Shown here: in pieces, positions 61,071-64,000 of the stretch | Layout of the letters: the number at the start of each line of letters is the position of its first letter | How positions within the stretch are numbered: position 1 is the stretch's first letter | From: Leucoraja erinacea | Lineage: Eukaryota | Length of the DNA stretch: 64,000 bases | NCBI RefSeq assembly: GCF_028641065.1 | Contig: NC_073384.1 | Span: forward strand, 51,398,001-51,462,000 | Direction: 5' to 3' | Position numbers and translations under genes: made by a program | Notes under the pieces: model-generated | What the model was told of the DNA's origin: nothing | The model's database searches: none | Seen by the model: the letters and a program-made list of their open reading frames with translations, nothing else

Positions 61071-62554
61071 GTGTGCATTTGTGTTGTCTAGGGTCTTAAA
61101 ATGAACTGCTGGGTGAATTCTAAGTGGGTACTGAGTAATTGATAATGCAGTTCAGTTTAAAAAAAATCTCTTTCCTCCATCTATTTTTCCAAAATGTTTT
61201 TTTTTTCGTCTGTGATCCTCATTTCTTAACCTCCCCAGTCTCTTGATTTACATCATAACTCCATGACTTGTTTTCAGTGGTATTCTCTCTGCTGTGATAG
61301 ACACGAATGAGAAATAAACAGTCCATATTTATATAGCTCTGAATTACTAAAAGTGAATTGCAGCCAATGTGTTACTTGTGGGTTACTCTCATGGTCATTT
61401 AGCAAATGTTCCCTACATGAGCACAGCATGGCTCCACAAACAGCAAACAAAAGGAGTGAACAGTTTATAGTTGTTGAGAGTATGAGGTTAGTGAGGGCAT
61501 CCAACTTTCTTTCATACAATGCAAATAATCTTTTGCATCCATCGGAATTGTCATTCTAGTGTCCAAGCTAAATTAAATCCCATGTACCAGCTGTCCTGAA
61601 GTACTGTACTAAATAATCTGCCCACAGTTGGTTCAGTATCCCCAGAGCATGGACACAAGATACTGCAAATGCTGGTTTACAAAAAAAGACTCAATTGCTG
61701 GATCTCAACAGTGGACTGTGATCATGGCAAGATGACTGACTCCTCCATGCAGCCCTACTTGAGAAGAATACAACACTCTCTCAATTGAAAACCAAAGGCC
61801 TCTTGGAGTCATAATGTAACGATTTGCTGCTGAAGTGATGCTGCTCCCTACATTTCTCTGAGAGTTGTCTCGTGGACATGTCCGCAGTTCATTCAGTCGA
61901 AACATTGACCGTCTGTTTCTTTCCACTGTTGCTGCCAGGTCTGATTAGTTCCTCCAACAGATTGTTTGGTGTTTCCTCTCTATCAAGTTTTTTTGAGCTT
62001 CAGTATGGATCACAATTTGATTCAGAAGTCATGATTTTGAGCGGGTATTTGGTCAGACGTGACATAGGGGCGAGACAGGACAATTTGCTGTGGATGGAGT
62101 TAAAATCACTCACATCAGATGGTGGAGGCACGGTTCAGAAGTTGTTGAGGTGTTCTTTTCAGTGGTTACTGGCTCCCTCTCTATATTAGAGTATTTCGTT
62201 CCCTCCATTCTTGGCATGTTAGCCTCGCCTGGAAGATCATATCATATGGGATCCAGTCAGCCAGCCAACTAGATTCAAAATTGCCCAAAAAGGCAAATAG
62301 GACTTGACAAGCCTGATCGGGAAAACAGCAAAAACAAAAGTACCCGTTGGGCCTGTTGCCATGCTGTGTGGCGCTACCAAGTGCCGCCTTTACCATGCTT
62401 TCTACTTGTGTTGCCACTTTCAGCAAGCTGTGATCTTGCACCCCAAGATTCCTATGTACATCAATGCTGCTAAGCCTGTAGTGCTGCATTTTCATCGAGA
62501 TGGTTTCCACTGGAAGTTTGACCTCCCAAAGTGCAGCACCTCCACTTGTCCAAC

Positions 62555-63120
62555 ATTTGGTCTCCATCTGAGGAAGGACATTATTGCCATGCAGGGAGTG
62601 CTTGAGAAGAATACAACACCTCTCTGATTCCTGGGATGTCTTGACTGTCCTGAAGTAACGACTGCTGATGATGCTTGGTTTACACTCTCTAGAATGTTAT
62701 GTCCGCAGATTGAAACGTTGACCGTCTATTTCTTATACTGTTGCTTACTGAAAATTCCTTAAGGGGTTGGACAAGTTTTTTTGAGCTCAGTATGGCAGGA
62801 AGATTGTTCCCGATTTTTAGGGTAAGTCAGACGGACATAGGGGCGTCACAGCTTAAGGATGCTGTGGTGGAGTTAAAATCCATTGGTGGAAAACCGAGAT
62901 GAGAAGAACTTTTTTCACACACAGAGTGGTGAATCTCGAACTCTCTGCCACAGAGGGTAGTTGAGGCCAGTTCATTGGCTATATTTAAGAGGGAGTTAGA
63001 TGTGGCCCTTGTGGCTAAGGGGATCAGGGGGTATGGAAAAGAGCAAAAGCAAGTACGTTGGGCCCGGCCATACTGTGACGTCAAGTGCCGCCTTGATCAG
63101 CCTACTTGATCATATTGCAA
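62555..63120 (+). mobile_element. CR1 3' fragment mosaic with adjacent sequence (probable assembly artefact)
   Basis: Blocks nearly identical to the reverse complement of 233-770 alternate with blocks copied from 61590-62400. Confidence 0.7.
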
Positions 63121-64000
63121 TGTGATCTTGCACCCCAAGATTCCTATGTACATCAATGCTGCTAAAGGTGCTGCATTTTCAGGATAATTTCCACTGGAAT
63201 TTGACCTCCCAAAGTGCAACACCTCACACTTGTCCAATGAAACTCCATCTGCCACTTCCTGACCCAAATTTCCAACAGATCAATTTCCTGCTGTATTTTT
63301 TGACATTCTTCCTTGCAATAATCTCACAAACAACTGCACCAGGATTGAAGATGTTCCTATGAGGTGTTTATCTTTCAGACAAAATTGAGTTTTGTGATCA
63401 TACTATCAATATTTTATTGAGGAAGACTTAGTTGGCGTTCTCTCCTTGCCAACCATATCGGAGCTATAGGGATATGCAGCACCTGGACAGCCAACTGTTA
63501 CATGCCAACAAAGTTGTCTAATGGAGAGTGTCCTATTTGCCTGCATTTGCTCCCTATTCCTCCACACTTCACTTATGTATGTACCTGTCTAAATGCCTTT
63601 CAAACATTGGAATTGAACCCCCCCCCACCCCTCACATCTACCCCAGGTAGCTTGTTCCACGTACTCATCTCCCATTGTGTGAACAAGTTGCCTCTCTGCT
63701 CCATTTAAAATCTTTCCGTTCTCACCTTGAATCTTTGCCTCCTGGTTTTAGACTCTCCTACCTTGGGAATAAGATTGTCTTGGATTTGCATTCGGAGGTT
63801 AGAACTGGAGGAGTGCTAACATAACGAGGCTCATGGAATAGGAGATCACATGTGGGGAGAAGAGAGACCACGGACAATTCGAAAACAATTTGGTGGGAAC
63901 TGTAAAACCGAGACATTACATAACTGAGAGTTGGTGTAGGCCAGCAATTACTGATGGTGGAGGTGGTGATAATTTTGGTAGTTTGAGAATTGAAAGATCA

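Overview
This is repeat-dense vertebrate genomic DNA. The CR1, V-SINE (HE1-like), Rex1 and Penelope families seen here point to a cartilaginous fish, probably a skate or ray (inferred from repeat content only). No complete host gene can be identified. Bases 1.6-18.9 kb are a nested stack: an old CR1 holds an internally deleted Harbinger-group DNA transposon (2-bp AT TSD). A Gypsy LTR retrotransposon is inserted in that transposon's TIR, and it in turn holds a Rex1 LINE fragment and a young epsilon/gamma-like ERV. The ERV has near-identical 1.45-kb LTRs and wrecked genes but apparently intact RNA structures. The rest of the window is intron-like or intergenic. It contains a Tc1 transposon, SINE and LINE fragments, short hammerhead-motif Penelope inserts, several non-autonomous DNA transposons and a CpG-rich candidate promoter at about 42-43 kb. 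The most notable item is a 528-bp hAT element carrying a fragment of an IQSEC/BRAG (ARF-GEF) coding exon, i.e. a vertebrate Pack-hAT; a second hAT carries Penelope-like cargo. Two regions (about 8.5-9.0 kb and 62.5-63.3 kb) look like assembly-consensus artefacts. All family and protein assignments are from motif recognition, not database searches.
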